In this document: positions 1 to 8,823 of the stretch, piece by piece | How the letters are laid out: the number at the start of each line of letters is the position of its first letter | Position numbering within the stretch: the first letter of the stretch is position 1 | DNA from: an uncultured Bacteroidota bacterium | GTDB lineage: Bacteria; Bacteroidota; Bacteroidia; Flavobacteriales; Flavobacteriaceae | Direction: 5' to 3' | Length of the DNA stretch: 64,000 nt | Assembly: GCA_902574335.1 (NCBI GenBank) | Contig: CACGNO010000001.1 | Span: 48,009 to 112,008 of the forward strand | The notes under the pieces: generated by a model | The model's database searches: none | What the model saw: the letters and a program-made list of their open reading frames with translations, nothing else | Told to the model about the DNA's origin: nothing | Program-made: the position numbers and the translations under genes

Positions 1-1
1 A

Positions 2-133
2 ATTGAAAATGGAACATTCATGAAGATTTGTGATATAGCTGAAATTAATTTTACAGCAGCAGAACCTGTAAAGATTTTTGAGATTATATCACCAAAAACG
101 CCTAATTATAAAACATACTCACAAATGAGATAG
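2..133 (+). CDS. 3' end of an unidentified CDS that starts upstream of the window
   Basis: The frame is open from position 2 to TAG at 131-133 (44 codons without a stop in very AT-rich DNA). No recognisable motif. Confidence 0.35.
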   Translation: MENGTFMKICDIAEINFTAAEPVKIFEIISPKTPNYKTYSQMR

Positions 134-161
134 TTTAAATATTAATTGTAATTTTAGTCAA

Positions 162-710
162 ATGAAGTTAAAAGTTTTATTGTTGTTATTTATAATATCC
201 TGTGGCGTTAATAATGATTTAGAAAATAATAGTGTTGATATTGAATTACCAGCACTTAGGTATAATCAATCAACAGCTCAAAGCTATAGAGTTTTAAAAA
301 CTACTATTTCTGACCCTACAGTTTTTGACGCTAAGTTCCCTGCAACAGACCTCAGTATTGGTTATGTTTTAAGGTATTATTTCTATACCGGAATTGATCT
401 TTCTTCAACAATTAACGAATTAATCAGCATGGATATTACTTCTTTTCAAATGCCAGAAACAAATGACCCTATTGAACTTTCTCGTGCTGCAATTTATGAA
501 ATAAGAAAAATGAGTTATGGGAGTAGAGAGTATAAAGACTTCGTTGAAAAATATTTTTCTAGTTGCATAGATATATCTAAAATATCTTCAAATTGTGTTA
601 TACCAACTATCTATGAACCAGTCTGTGGTTGTGATGGTTTTACTTATTCTAATAAATCTGCTGCAGAGTGTAATGGTGTGCTTAATTTTTATGAAGGGCC
701 TTGTAGGTAA
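162..710 (+). CDS. Lipoprotein with a C-terminal Kazal-like cysteine-rich domain
   Basis: Signal peptide with lipobox (LLFIISC). The C-terminus, SSC..SNC..YEPVCGCDGFTYSNKSAAEC..GPC, matches the Kazal core pattern PVCG-DG-TY-N and has six Cys. Confidence 0.75.
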   Translation: MKLKVLLLLFIISCGVNNDLENNSVDIELPALRYNQSTAQSYRVLKTTISDPTVFDAKFPATDLSIGYVLRYYFYTGIDLSSTINELISMDITSFQMPETNDPIELSRAAIYEIRKMSYGSREYKDFVEKYFSSCIDISKISSNCVIPTIYEPVCGCDGFTYSNKSAAECNGVLNFYEGPCR

Positions 711-712
711 TT

Positions 713-1579
713 TTATTTCTTTTGCCTCTCCATATTATTATAAATAAGAAGAATTGTAAGCCCAAATACTATTCCTGAAACTAAAAGTAAAAGACTAGTT
801 AAACCTACTGCACTAAATGATAATCTCAATAGTATTGTTGATATTATAAAGCCTGTATTTCTTATTAATTGTGAGTATCTCTCAGTGTATTGAAAAGATA
901 CAAGCAAAATAAATACATCAACTAAAATCAGTATTGTAAAAAAGCTTTCAAAAAATAAATAATCAATATTTGAGCTTGTGCCGATATCTAGAAAAACATA
1001 ATTATACCAGTCTAAAAAACTGAAAACACAAAGTAGAGATAAAGTTGGAACTAAAAATAAACTAATTAGTTTTTTATAACTAATAAACCTATCGAGGTTT
1101 TGATGTACAGGTAATTTTGGTAAATCTTCTTTTAATTTTTTAAATAGATAAATTAAGAAGAAGACAACAAGTACACCTACTAAATCATATATCAGTTGCA
1201 GATTGCTTTCGTTTTGAATCCAGTTATCATCAAGATTTACATTAGGAATATCCTTAAATATTTTCCTAATAAGAATCAATGACATTATTTCAAATTGTTT
1301 AGCAATGGATGTGGTAAAGGATCTAGGAAGAAAATATATTAACAAAAACGCTTCATAAATCAAAATAAATGAGAATGGCGTATATATTGCTGAAATTGGA
1401 TTTACGAATAATTTGTCCTGGAAAAAAGATAAATCAACATATCCATTATTATTTAATAAAATTAAGAGTAGGTGAACTATAAATCCAAGAGTAGCAGAAA
1501 TAAGAATAAATTTTTCAAATTTTTTCAAATTTCCCTCTGAAAATAATCCTGAAAATATGTTTTCAACCGTCTTAATCAT
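713..1579 (-). CDS. Multi-pass integral membrane protein of unknown function
   Basis: 288-aa ORF with at least 6 long hydrophobic segments. No diagnostic motif recognised. Confidence 0.65.
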   Translation of the reverse strand: MIKTVENIFSGLFSEGNLKKFEKFILISATLGFIVHLLLILLNNNGYVDLSFFQDKLFVNPISAIYTPFSFILIYEAFLLIYFLPRSFTTSIAKQFEIMSLILIRKIFKDIPNVNLDDNWIQNESNLQLIYDLVGVLVVFFLIYLFKKLKEDLPKLPVHQNLDRFISYKKLISLFLVPTLSLLCVFSFLDWYNYVFLDIGTSSNIDYLFFESFFTILILVDVFILLVSFQYTERYSQLIRNTGFIISTILLRLSFSAVGLTSLLLLVSGIVFGLTILLIYNNMERQKK

Positions 1580-1645
1580 TTGTTAAAAAATAATTAATTT
1601 TACAGCAAATATATAAGTTAATTATTTTATCGATAATTTTAGGAT

Positions 1646-1816
1646 ATGTTTGATAGGTATAAAAAATCTGACTTTTTTCTTTTAACAGCAGTTTTAATCT
1701 CCTTTTTAGTTTCTGTTGGGCTATGGTTTTCTGGATATAAAGATGAAGGTTTATATGTTGGTATTTGGGTTCCTTCAATTTTAGCTTTAGGATCGTATTT
1801 AAAACAAATTAAATAA
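1646..1816 (+). CDS. Small 2-TM membrane protein (56 aa), not in the ORF track
   Basis: ATG at 1646, TAA at 1814-1816. Translation MFDRYKKSDFFLLTAVLISFLVSVGLWFSGYKDEGLYVGIWVPSILALGSYLKQIK has two clean hydrophobic helices. It lies divergent from the 713..1579 gene and overlaps, and better explains, the antisense 68-aa track ORF. Confidence 0.5.
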   Translation: MFDRYKKSDFFLLTAVLISFLVSVGLWFSGYKDEGLYVGIWVPSILALGSYLKQIK

Positions 1817-1818
1817 TA

Positions 1819-1923
1819 ATGGAGATATATTTATTTGTTCTGGGAGCTATTGTTATTGGTCTGGTCATTGCCAGTGTTCTTCTTGTAAATGATGAAGAAA
1901 CAAGAAAATACAACGATCTGTAA
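1819..1923 (+). CDS. Small single-TM peptide (34 aa), paralogue 1
   Basis: ATG at 1819, TAA at 1921-1923. Translation MEIYLFVLGAIVIGLVIASVLLVNDEETRKYNDL. Clearly paralogous to the next ORF. Confidence 0.45.
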   Translation: MEIYLFVLGAIVIGLVIASVLLVNDEETRKYNDL

Positions 1924-1925
1924 AA

Positions 1926-2093
1926 ATGGAGATATATATTTTTGGACTTGGAGTTTTTGTTGTTTGTCTAGTTATAGCAAGTGTTTTCTTTGTTAATCAA
2001 GAGGAAACAAAAAAATACAATGACATTGACGAAGCAAATGAAATGGATTATGACGGAATGGGAAATTATGGCCGATTCCCAAACAAAAAATAA
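1926..2093 (+). CDS. Small single-TM protein (55 aa), paralogue 2 with an acidic/Gly C-terminal tail
   Basis: ATG at 1926, TAA at 2091-2093. Translation MEIYIFGLGVFVVCLVIASVFFVNQEETKKYNDIDEANEMDYDGMGNYGRFPNKK. It shares MEIY..TM..VN-EET-KYND with the preceding ORF. Confidence 0.5.
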   Translation: MEIYIFGLGVFVVCLVIASVFFVNQEETKKYNDIDEANEMDYDGMGNYGRFPNKK

Positions 2094-2094
2094 A

Positions 2095-2451
2095 TTATTT
2101 CCTTCTCGCCTCAATAAAACTTCTTACAAAATAAATCATTGCAAGAACTGAAGTTAAACACATTGCAACAACTCTGAATAAACCAATTCCACCAGATTCT
2201 AAAGATTTAGGAAGTCTCATGCCAACAAGTGCTAGAAGGATTATAAGAGTCAACAACACAGCAATGTGAGCTATAACTTTATTTTGATTTTTAACCCCAC
2301 TATAACAAAGTAATAACACCACACCAAAACCAACGGGTATCAAAGCAGTAGGCGAGGTTACTTCAAAGTATCCCCATAAACCAAATACTATTAGAGAAAT
2401 AGAATTAATCAAATTTGCTTTAGTTGCATTCATAGATAAAATTTTAATCAA
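2095..2451 (-). CDS. Small integral membrane protein (about 4 TM), unknown function
   Basis: 118-aa hydrophobic ORF, tightly spaced with the downstream gene on the same strand. Confidence 0.6.
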   Translation of the reverse strand: MIKILSMNATKANLINSISLIVFGLWGYFEVTSPTALIPVGFGVVLLLCYSGVKNQNKVIAHIAVLLTLIILLALVGMRLPKSLESGGIGLFRVVAMCLTSVLAMIYFVRSFIEARRK

Positions 2452-2464
2452 ATTTAGTTATAAT

Positions 2465-3244
2465 TTATAAAATATAAGGAATGACTGCTTTTCTGTTCTT
2501 TGGGTAATTATCGAAATTTTCCAGATACCAATCATGGTGATTCAGTGCTCTTGGAACAAGGTTAAAAAATGTCCAAAGCGTAAAGCTAAGTGCGGGAAGA
2601 CTCATTGCGATAACTGAAAAACCAATCCATTCTATTATTTCACCCATGTAGTTTGGGCAGGAAACAAAATTGAAAAAATTTCCACGTGGGATTTTATAAC
2701 CCTCGCTATTTTTTCGCAAAGATATTAATGTATTATCAGAGCTAATATTTATCATCATTCCACAAATAAATATTATTAGCCCAATTAATACATTGTAGTT
2801 GTAGATGGATCCTTGATCCATAATAAACCCAACATAGTAACCATTAAAAAAACCGTTGAAAATATTGAAGAAAAATGCACTTAATGATATTGATATGGGC
2901 ATTTTTTTTCCTTTAGTTTTTATTCGAAGAGGGAAAACAATAACTCTGTTGAAATAGTGAATAAACCATATTGATACAAGTAAAATTGAAAACGGATTTA
3001 ATTCGTTAGGTCCAATAAGACTTAAAACTGGCATTACAACTAAAGCAGGAAATTCCATCCAAAACCAAGCCCACTTATTATTGATCATTAATCCCCATCC
3101 CTTGGAACTGTGTCTTCCATATGGTGTTCTAATTTTGGATATTATCAAATATGCAAATGTTAATACTCCAAAACCAATCCAAACATTAAGAAATAAATCA
3201 AAGTTATCTATCATAAACAGCCAAAGCCTTAATAACCTCAACAA
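2465..3244 (-). CDS. 3-oxo-5-alpha-steroid 4-dehydrogenase (steroid 5-alpha-reductase / DUF1295-like) family membrane protein
   Basis: Polytopic membrane ORF with the family-typical C-terminus (NHHDWYLENFDNYPKNRKAVIPYIL). The start is uncertain: M1 at 3244 or M11 at 3214, and both overlap the upstream gene. Confidence 0.8.
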   Translation of the reverse strand: MLRLLRLWLFMIDNFDLFLNVWIGFGVLTFAYLIISKIRTPYGRHSSKGWGLMINNKWAWFWMEFPALVVMPVLSLIGPNELNPFSILLVSIWFIHYFNRVIVFPLRIKTKGKKMPISISLSAFFFNIFNGFFNGYYVGFIMDQGSIYNYNVLIGLIIFICGMMINISSDNTLISLRKNSEGYKIPRGNFFNFVSCPNYMGEIIEWIGFSVIAMSLPALSFTLWTFFNLVPRALNHHDWYLENFDNYPKNRKAVIPYIL

Positions 3245-3932
3245 CAGCTTCTATAGTCTCATCAGATAGACCAGCATCTTTAAGTTTACCTAAATTTTCA
3301 TCATTAGGCTTATAACTTGATTTTTCAGTTGAAGCTTTATATTCTCGACCAATTTCCATAATTACATTCATAACGTCCCTCATGTTTTCTCTATTTACAC
3401 CTTGTTCTCTAACATATTGCGCAAGTCTTTGAATAACTGGATTGTTAACCTCAGGCCGAGGTGGACCTTGTCTATTATTAGATCCCGCACGTTGTTGACC
3501 CCCTCTTTGACCAGCTTGTGCCCTGGAGTTTCCTCCTCTTCCTCTACTATTTTGATTAAAGTCCCCTCTAGCTCTGTTGAATCGATCTTGGTTATTATTT
3601 TCAAAAGAATTCATTTGATTATCCTCCTTTTTCATGCTTTCAGCTACTACCTTTGACATCTTTTTTGAAAGCGTCTTTAAAATTTCTAATTGGTCATCAG
3701 AAAATGAAAGGTTTTTTAATTTTTTTTCAGTTCTTTTTGAAATTTTTTTCTTTTCAGAAATTTCTTCAGCCATATCTCTTACAAGCTGAACGGTATTTCT
3801 TAGCTCTGCTCGGTCAAATCCCTCATCAAATAAATATTTTGCAACTTCTCTCCACGTATCACCTTCAGATTTTTGAGAATAGGAATTGATACTAAAAAAT
3901 GCTACTAATAAAAAAAGGACAATTTTTTTCAT
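3204..3932 (-). CDS. Secreted protein with a central Arg/Gly/Gln/Asn-rich low-complexity region
   Basis: Signal peptide MKKIVLFLLVAFFSINSYSQ. Central tract RGDFNQNSRGRGGNSRAQAGQRGGQQRAGSNNRQGPPRP is flanked by two similar helical modules. Confidence 0.7.
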   Translation of the reverse strand: MKKIVLFLLVAFFSINSYSQKSEGDTWREVAKYLFDEGFDRAELRNTVQLVRDMAEEISEKKKISKRTEKKLKNLSFSDDQLEILKTLSKKMSKVVAESMKKEDNQMNSFENNNQDRFNRARGDFNQNSRGRGGNSRAQAGQRGGQQRAGSNNRQGPPRPEVNNPVIQRLAQYVREQGVNRENMRDVMNVIMEIGREYKASTEKSSYKPNDENLGKLKDAGLSDETIEAVVEVIKALAVYDR

Positions 3933-3992
3933 AAAATTTTAAATTTATACATTACAATTTATGATTATTTTTTTAATTAAATTCCTAAATCA

Positions 3993-4793
3993 ATGAATAA
4001 GAATACTTTACAGATTTTTCAAATAGATGCATTTACATCTGAAATTTTTAAAGGAAACCCAGCTTGTGTTATGCCATTGGATAATTGGCTACCAGACGAA
4101 ATGCTTCTAAAAATAGCAAAAGAAAATAATGTTTCAGAAACAGCTTTTTTCATTAAGAAAGATGACCATTTCTATTTAAGATGGTTTACTCCGGAGATTG
4201 AAATGGACCTTTGTGGGCATGCAACTTTAGCTACTGCGTATTGCCTTAAAAAACATATGAATTTTAATAAAGATTTGGTAAAATTTGATTCGATGAGTGG
4301 AGAATTGATAGTGAAATTTGATGGTGATTATATGCAAATGGACTTTCCACATAGAAAGCCAACAAAATCAGATCTACCACAGAATATTATGGATTCATTA
4401 AGTATAAAACCTAAAGAAATTTTGAAATCTCGCGACTATGTATTGGTCTATGAAAATGAAGACCAGATTAAAGATATTCAAATAAATAAAGAGCTTTTTG
4501 ATAAAAAAAACATTGATCCTGGGGGTGTTGTAATTACTTCAATTTCTGATAAAGCTGACTTTGTTTCAAGATATTTTGTTCCACAGTGCTCATTTTTTGA
4601 AGACCCTGTAACTGGATCTACACATTGTTCTCTAGTGCCGTATTGGAGTGAAAAACTAAATAAATCCAAGTTAAAATGTATACAGCTTTCTGAACGTGGT
4701 GGAGAAATGATATGTGAAGATTTGGGTGATAGGGTTTTAATTAATGGAAAAGCTGTTACTTACTCTGAAGGATATGTTTATTTAAAATATTAA
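3993..4793 (+). CDS. PhzF-family (phenazine biosynthesis-like) isomerase
   Basis: 266 aa. N-terminus QIFQIDAFTSEIFKGNPACV, plus ETAFF and LCGHATLA segments typical of PhzF/YddE-fold proteins. Confidence 0.85.
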   Translation: MNKNTLQIFQIDAFTSEIFKGNPACVMPLDNWLPDEMLLKIAKENNVSETAFFIKKDDHFYLRWFTPEIEMDLCGHATLATAYCLKKHMNFNKDLVKFDSMSGELIVKFDGDYMQMDFPHRKPTKSDLPQNIMDSLSIKPKEILKSRDYVLVYENEDQIKDIQINKELFDKKNIDPGGVVITSISDKADFVSRYFVPQCSFFEDPVTGSTHCSLVPYWSEKLNKSKLKCIQLSERGGEMICEDLGDRVLINGKAVTYSEGYVYLKY

Positions 4794-4807
4794 TTTTATG
4801 AACACTA

Positions 4808-5539
4808 GTGAAGAATATAGTTACCAGACCAACTAAGCAGATTTATCAAAATTACACTAAAGAAGACTTCAAGGTTTGGAATATTCTTTTTAAAAGACAA
4901 CTAAAAAACCTTAATGATATTGTAGCTGAGGAATTTATTATAGCGTTAAAAGAATTAAATTTTAGAGCTGAAAAAATCCCAAACTTTATTGAAATTAATA
5001 ATACCTTAAAAAATACTACAGGGTGGACAATTAAAACAGTCCCAAATATTAGTCCGCCCGAGGAATTTTTTTCCTATTTATCTAAAAAGAAGTTTACTAC
5101 AACTTGTTGGCTTAGATCAATGAGTCAAATTGATTATTTAGAAGAGCCAGATATGTTTCATGATGTGTTTGCCCACGTACCACTACTAAGCAATAAAGAA
5201 TACACAAGTTTTTTTAAGGAAATAGGTCAGATTGCAATGTCTGTCATTGATGATCCGGTAAAGCTTAAAAAGCTTCAAAGAATATATTGGTTTACTATTG
5301 AATTTGGCTTAATTAAAAAACACGATAAATTCAAGATATATGGCGCTGGAATTATTTCCTCAAAAGAGGAATCTAATAATGTGTTATCAAATAAATCTAA
5401 AAAAAAGAAATTTGATGTAAATAGAGTAATGAATCACTCTTTTAAAATTGATGTTGTTCAGGACACATATTATTACATAGATTCTTTTGAAGAATTAACA
5501 CTGTCATTGGATGAAATAAGAAAAAATATTCATCTATAA
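4808..5539 (+). CDS. phhA: Phenylalanine-4-hydroxylase (aromatic amino acid hydroxylase family)
   Basis: Iron-binding motif PDMFHDVFAHVPLL and YWFTIEFGL. GTG start at 4808. Confidence 0.85.
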   Translation: MKNIVTRPTKQIYQNYTKEDFKVWNILFKRQLKNLNDIVAEEFIIALKELNFRAEKIPNFIEINNTLKNTTGWTIKTVPNISPPEEFFSYLSKKKFTTTCWLRSMSQIDYLEEPDMFHDVFAHVPLLSNKEYTSFFKEIGQIAMSVIDDPVKLKKLQRIYWFTIEFGLIKKHDKFKIYGAGIISSKEESNNVLSNKSKKKKFDVNRVMNHSFKIDVVQDTYYYIDSFEELTLSLDEIRKNIHL

Positions 5540-5542
5540 ATC

Positions 5543-6436
5543 CTATTTCTTCTGTTTAAGTACAGATGTTAAATATACCCCAGTAAATATAAGAACTGAA
5601 GCAACAAACATTATTAAAGTTATTGTATCAGATTTTGTAAAAATTGCAAATAGGATTCCTATTATCGGTTGCAGATACATAAATACAGCCACTTCTGTTG
5701 ATGTTATCTTACTTAATGCATACCCATTTAAAAAGTAAGTCATACAAGTTGTTCCTACCACTACAAAAACCATTGGTAAAACAGCTTCCCAAAGAGGGAG
5801 ACTTGCCCAATCAACATCTAAAAATTGATTGATACCTAATGGGAAATTAAAGATTAAACCAATTAAAAATAACCATTTAAAAAGAGTAATTAAGTCATAT
5901 TTTTCAGCCATTGGTTTTACAATAATTAGATAATAAGCATATGAAATGCTATTTACAATGAATAAGAAGTTGCCCAATGGAATATTTCTTCCAATAGAGC
6001 TATTTGAATCTGCAGTTAATATTAGAATCATAGCCCCAATAAATCCTAGTATTATACCTAAAATCTTAATAAAATTTATTTTGTTTTTGAAAATAAAAAA
6101 GGACAATATCACAACAAATATTGGAGAAATTATTATCAGAATGGAGCTGTTTACAGGTGTGGAATAATCTAACCCTGCAATAAATGCAGCAATGTTAATA
6201 CTCATTCCAAAAAGCCCGCATTTTAAAATTGTTAACCTATCTTTTTTTTCTATGGGTTTAGTTTTAAAAAAAAGGCTTATTGTCCAAAATATAATTGTAG
6301 CACCAAGAACTCTCAAAAAAACAAGACCTAAAGAGCCTATGTAAATTGGCATAACCATTTTTGCAACAGTATGGTTTATCCCATAAATTGTAGTGGCAAT
6401 TGTTGCAGCAAGAAGAGGAAGAATTTTTTTTTGCAT
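5543..6436 (-). CDS. EamA/DMT-superfamily transporter
   Basis: 297 aa with about 10 TM segments in two similar halves, the typical EamA architecture. Confidence 0.8.
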   Translation of the reverse strand: MQKKILPLLAATIATTIYGINHTVAKMVMPIYIGSLGLVFLRVLGATIIFWTISLFFKTKPIEKKDRLTILKCGLFGMSINIAAFIAGLDYSTPVNSSILIIISPIFVVILSFFIFKNKINFIKILGIILGFIGAMILILTADSNSSIGRNIPLGNFLFIVNSISYAYYLIIVKPMAEKYDLITLFKWLFLIGLIFNFPLGINQFLDVDWASLPLWEAVLPMVFVVVGTTCMTYFLNGYALSKITSTEVAVFMYLQPIIGILFAIFTKSDTITLIMFVASVLIFTGVYLTSVLKQKK

Positions 6437-6441
6437 TCTTG

Positions 6442-7029
6442 TTATGACTGATTCTTAATAATCTTTGATATGTATTTGCCAATCATATCAAATTCAATAT
6501 TTACTAAGTCACCTATGCTAATATTCTTAAAGTTTGTGTGATTATAAGTATATGGTATAATGGCTACGGCAAATGTATTTTCATTAGAATTAACGACTGT
6601 CAGGCTAACTCCATTTATTGCAATCGACCCTTTTTCTATTGTTAGATTATCAGATTTTTCATATTCAAAATCGAAGTACCAGCTACCATTTTCTTCTAAT
6701 ATTTTTTTACAAGTTGCAGTTTGATCAACATGACCTTGAACCATGTGTCCATCTAGTCTATCGCCCAGTTTCATAGCTCTCTCAATATTTATTAAGTCAC
6801 CAACCTTCCAATTTTTAATCGAACTTTTTAATATTGTTTCTTTTATGGCAGTAACATTGTAAATATTGTTGTCTATTTTCACTACAGTAAGACAAATACC
6901 ATTGTGAGAGACACTTTGGTCAATTTTTAATTCATCAGTTATTTTGCTGTAAAAACTAATTGAAAGGTTATCGCCTTCTTCAACAATTTCTTTGATTTCT
7001 GATAAGTTTTCAATTATACCTGTAAACAT
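6442..7029 (-). CDS. ribE: Riboflavin synthase alpha chain
   Basis: N-terminus MFTGIIE. Duplicated lumazine-binding halves, including GDRLDGHMVQGHVD. Confidence 0.9.
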   Translation of the reverse strand: MFTGIIENLSEIKEIVEEGDNLSISFYSKITDELKIDQSVSHNGICLTVVKIDNNIYNVTAIKETILKSSIKNWKVGDLINIERAMKLGDRLDGHMVQGHVDQTATCKKILEENGSWYFDFEYEKSDNLTIEKGSIAINGVSLTVVNSNENTFAVAIIPYTYNHTNFKNISIGDLVNIEFDMIGKYISKIIKNQS

Positions 7030-7076
7030 ATAGTTGTATATTTATTTGCTCAAAAATACACATTATAAATAAAGAG

Positions 7077-8078
7077 ATGTCAAAAAACTTTTACCCATTA
7101 ATAGGTTTTTCATCGGGTGATCCAAATGGAATTGGCCTTGAGGTATTGCTAAAATCACTATCCGATAGCACTCTTTGTAATGAATTCAAACCAGTTGTAT
7201 TTGTAAATCATAAATTGATTGAAAGTCAAAATGAATTTTTCAAAACCAATTGCCAAATAATTCAAATAAACAGTATTGAAGAGGCAAGCTCAGGGCTAGT
7301 AAATGTTGTGAGTATTAATGATAAAAAATTTGACCAAAAGTTTGGTGAATCTAATCAACTTGGAGGAGAATTTTCAAGAGATTCATTATTCTGTGCAGCT
7401 AAGTATTTGAGTGAAAAAAAAATAGATGCTTTGGTAACAGCCCCAATAAATAAAAATAATATTCAAAGTGAAGATTTTAATTTTAAAGGACATACAGATT
7501 TTTTAGATAGCTGTTTTCAAGGAGATTCTCTTATGTTTATGGTTTCAGATGATATAAAAGTTGCACTATTGACTGAACATATCCCAATTAATAATATTGT
7601 AGAAAAAATTACACCTGCATTAATTGAAAAAAGAACAAAAATTATTGAACATTCACTAAAGAAAGACTTTAACATTAAAAACCCGAAAATTGCGGTTCTC
7701 TCAATAAACCCACATGTCGGTGATAATGGAGTAATTGGAGATGAGGATGACAATATTTTAATTCCATCTATCAAAAAAATTTATAAATCTGGTGTTGATA
7801 TTGAAGGTCCATTTGCCAGTGATAGTTTTTTTGGTTCAGACGCATATAAAAAATATGACACAATTATTGCCAGTTATCATGATCAAGGGCTTATACCTTT
7901 TAAAACCTTAACTTTTGGCAAAGGTGTTAACTACACTGCTGGTTTAAATGTAGTTCGTACATCTCCTGATCATGGCACTGCTTATAATATCTCTGGAAAG
8001 AATGTAGCAAATGAGAGCTCATTTAAATCTGCTATAGTAACAGCTTTAAATATTCTTAAAAACAGAGGAAAAATTTAG
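7077..8078 (+). CDS. pdxA: 4-hydroxythreonine-4-phosphate dehydrogenase
   Basis: 333 aa with the PdxA motifs GDPNGIG, GHTDFL, SYHDQGLIPFK and SPDHGTA. Confidence 0.9.
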   Translation: MSKNFYPLIGFSSGDPNGIGLEVLLKSLSDSTLCNEFKPVVFVNHKLIESQNEFFKTNCQIIQINSIEEASSGLVNVVSINDKKFDQKFGESNQLGGEFSRDSLFCAAKYLSEKKIDALVTAPINKNNIQSEDFNFKGHTDFLDSCFQGDSLMFMVSDDIKVALLTEHIPINNIVEKITPALIEKRTKIIEHSLKKDFNIKNPKIAVLSINPHVGDNGVIGDEDDNILIPSIKKIYKSGVDIEGPFASDSFFGSDAYKKYDTIIASYHDQGLIPFKTLTFGKGVNYTAGLNVVRTSPDHGTAYNISGKNVANESSFKSAIVTALNILKNRGKI

Positions 8079-8103
8079 TATATTCGCAAGCCAAATCCTA
8101 AAA

Positions 8104-8625
8104 ATGAGCAGGGCGAATCAGTTTTTTTTAAAGTTTATTGGTTTAAAAGATGGTAGTCATAAATTTGAATATGATTTAGATAATAGTTTTTTTGTTTCTC
8201 ATGATTATTCAGATTTTAATAGTTGTGATATAAAGGTTAAAATTGAGCTTGTAAAAAAAACTACAGTCTTGGAACTACATATAATAGGAAGCGGTTTGGC
8301 AAATATAAATTGCACTTTATCGAATGAGCCTTTCGACTTTGAAGTTAATTCAAAAATGAAACTCTTATTAAAATTTGGTGATAAATATGATGATTCTAAT
8401 GATGAGCTAATAATTTTACCACATGGCTCTCATACAGTCGAGTTGGACCAATTCTTATATGAAATGATAGTTTTATCTATGCCAATAAGGAATATTCATC
8501 CTGGAATTGACGATGGTTCACTTAAATCAGATATCTTAAATAGATTAAAAGATTTTGATATAAATAAAGAAAAAAGTAGTAATTTCGACCCTCGTTGGGA
8601 TAAACTTAAAAAATTAAAGAAGTAA
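8104..8625 (+). CDS. YceD/DUF177 family protein
   Basis: 173-aa acidic ORF immediately upstream of rpmF, matching the conserved yceD-rpmF arrangement. Confidence 0.75.
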   Translation: MSRANQFFLKFIGLKDGSHKFEYDLDNSFFVSHDYSDFNSCDIKVKIELVKKTTVLELHIIGSGLANINCTLSNEPFDFEVNSKMKLLLKFGDKYDDSNDELIILPHGSHTVELDQFLYEMIVLSMPIRNIHPGIDDGSLKSDILNRLKDFDINKEKSSNFDPRWDKLKKLKK

Positions 8626-8628
8626 AAA

Positions 8629-8823
8629 ATGGCACATCCTAAAAGAAAAATATCAAAAACTAGAAGAGACAAAAGACGTACTCATTATAAAGCGTCAAGC
8701 GCTCAGATAGCAACAGATAAAACAACTGGACAAGATCATTTATATCACAGAGCTCATTGGCATGAAGGTAAGCTTTACTATAGAGGAAAAGTTTTAGTTG
8801 ATTCTGCTGAAGAAACTGAATAG
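8629..8823 (+). CDS. rpmF: 50S ribosomal protein L32 (Cys-free form)
   Basis: N-terminus [17 protein letters not shown]. 64 aa with no cysteines. Confidence 0.9.
   Translation: MAHPKRKISKTRRDKRRTHYKASSAQIATDKTTGQDHLYHRAHWHEGKLYYRGKVLVDSAEETE

Noticed and set aside
1572-1778. 68-aa minus-strand ORF from the track
   Set aside because: Its composition is Lys/Ile-rich and looks like non-coding AT-rich translation. It is antisense to a cleaner plus-strand 56-aa 2-TM ORF (1646..1816) that fits the divergent-promoter geometry.
3081-3889. Track ORFs 3081..3269(+), 3395..3604(-), 3402..3656(+) and 3653..3889(+)
   Set aside because: All lie inside or antisense to the well-supported 2465..3244 and 3204..3932 genes. 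Their translations are low-complexity shadow frames.
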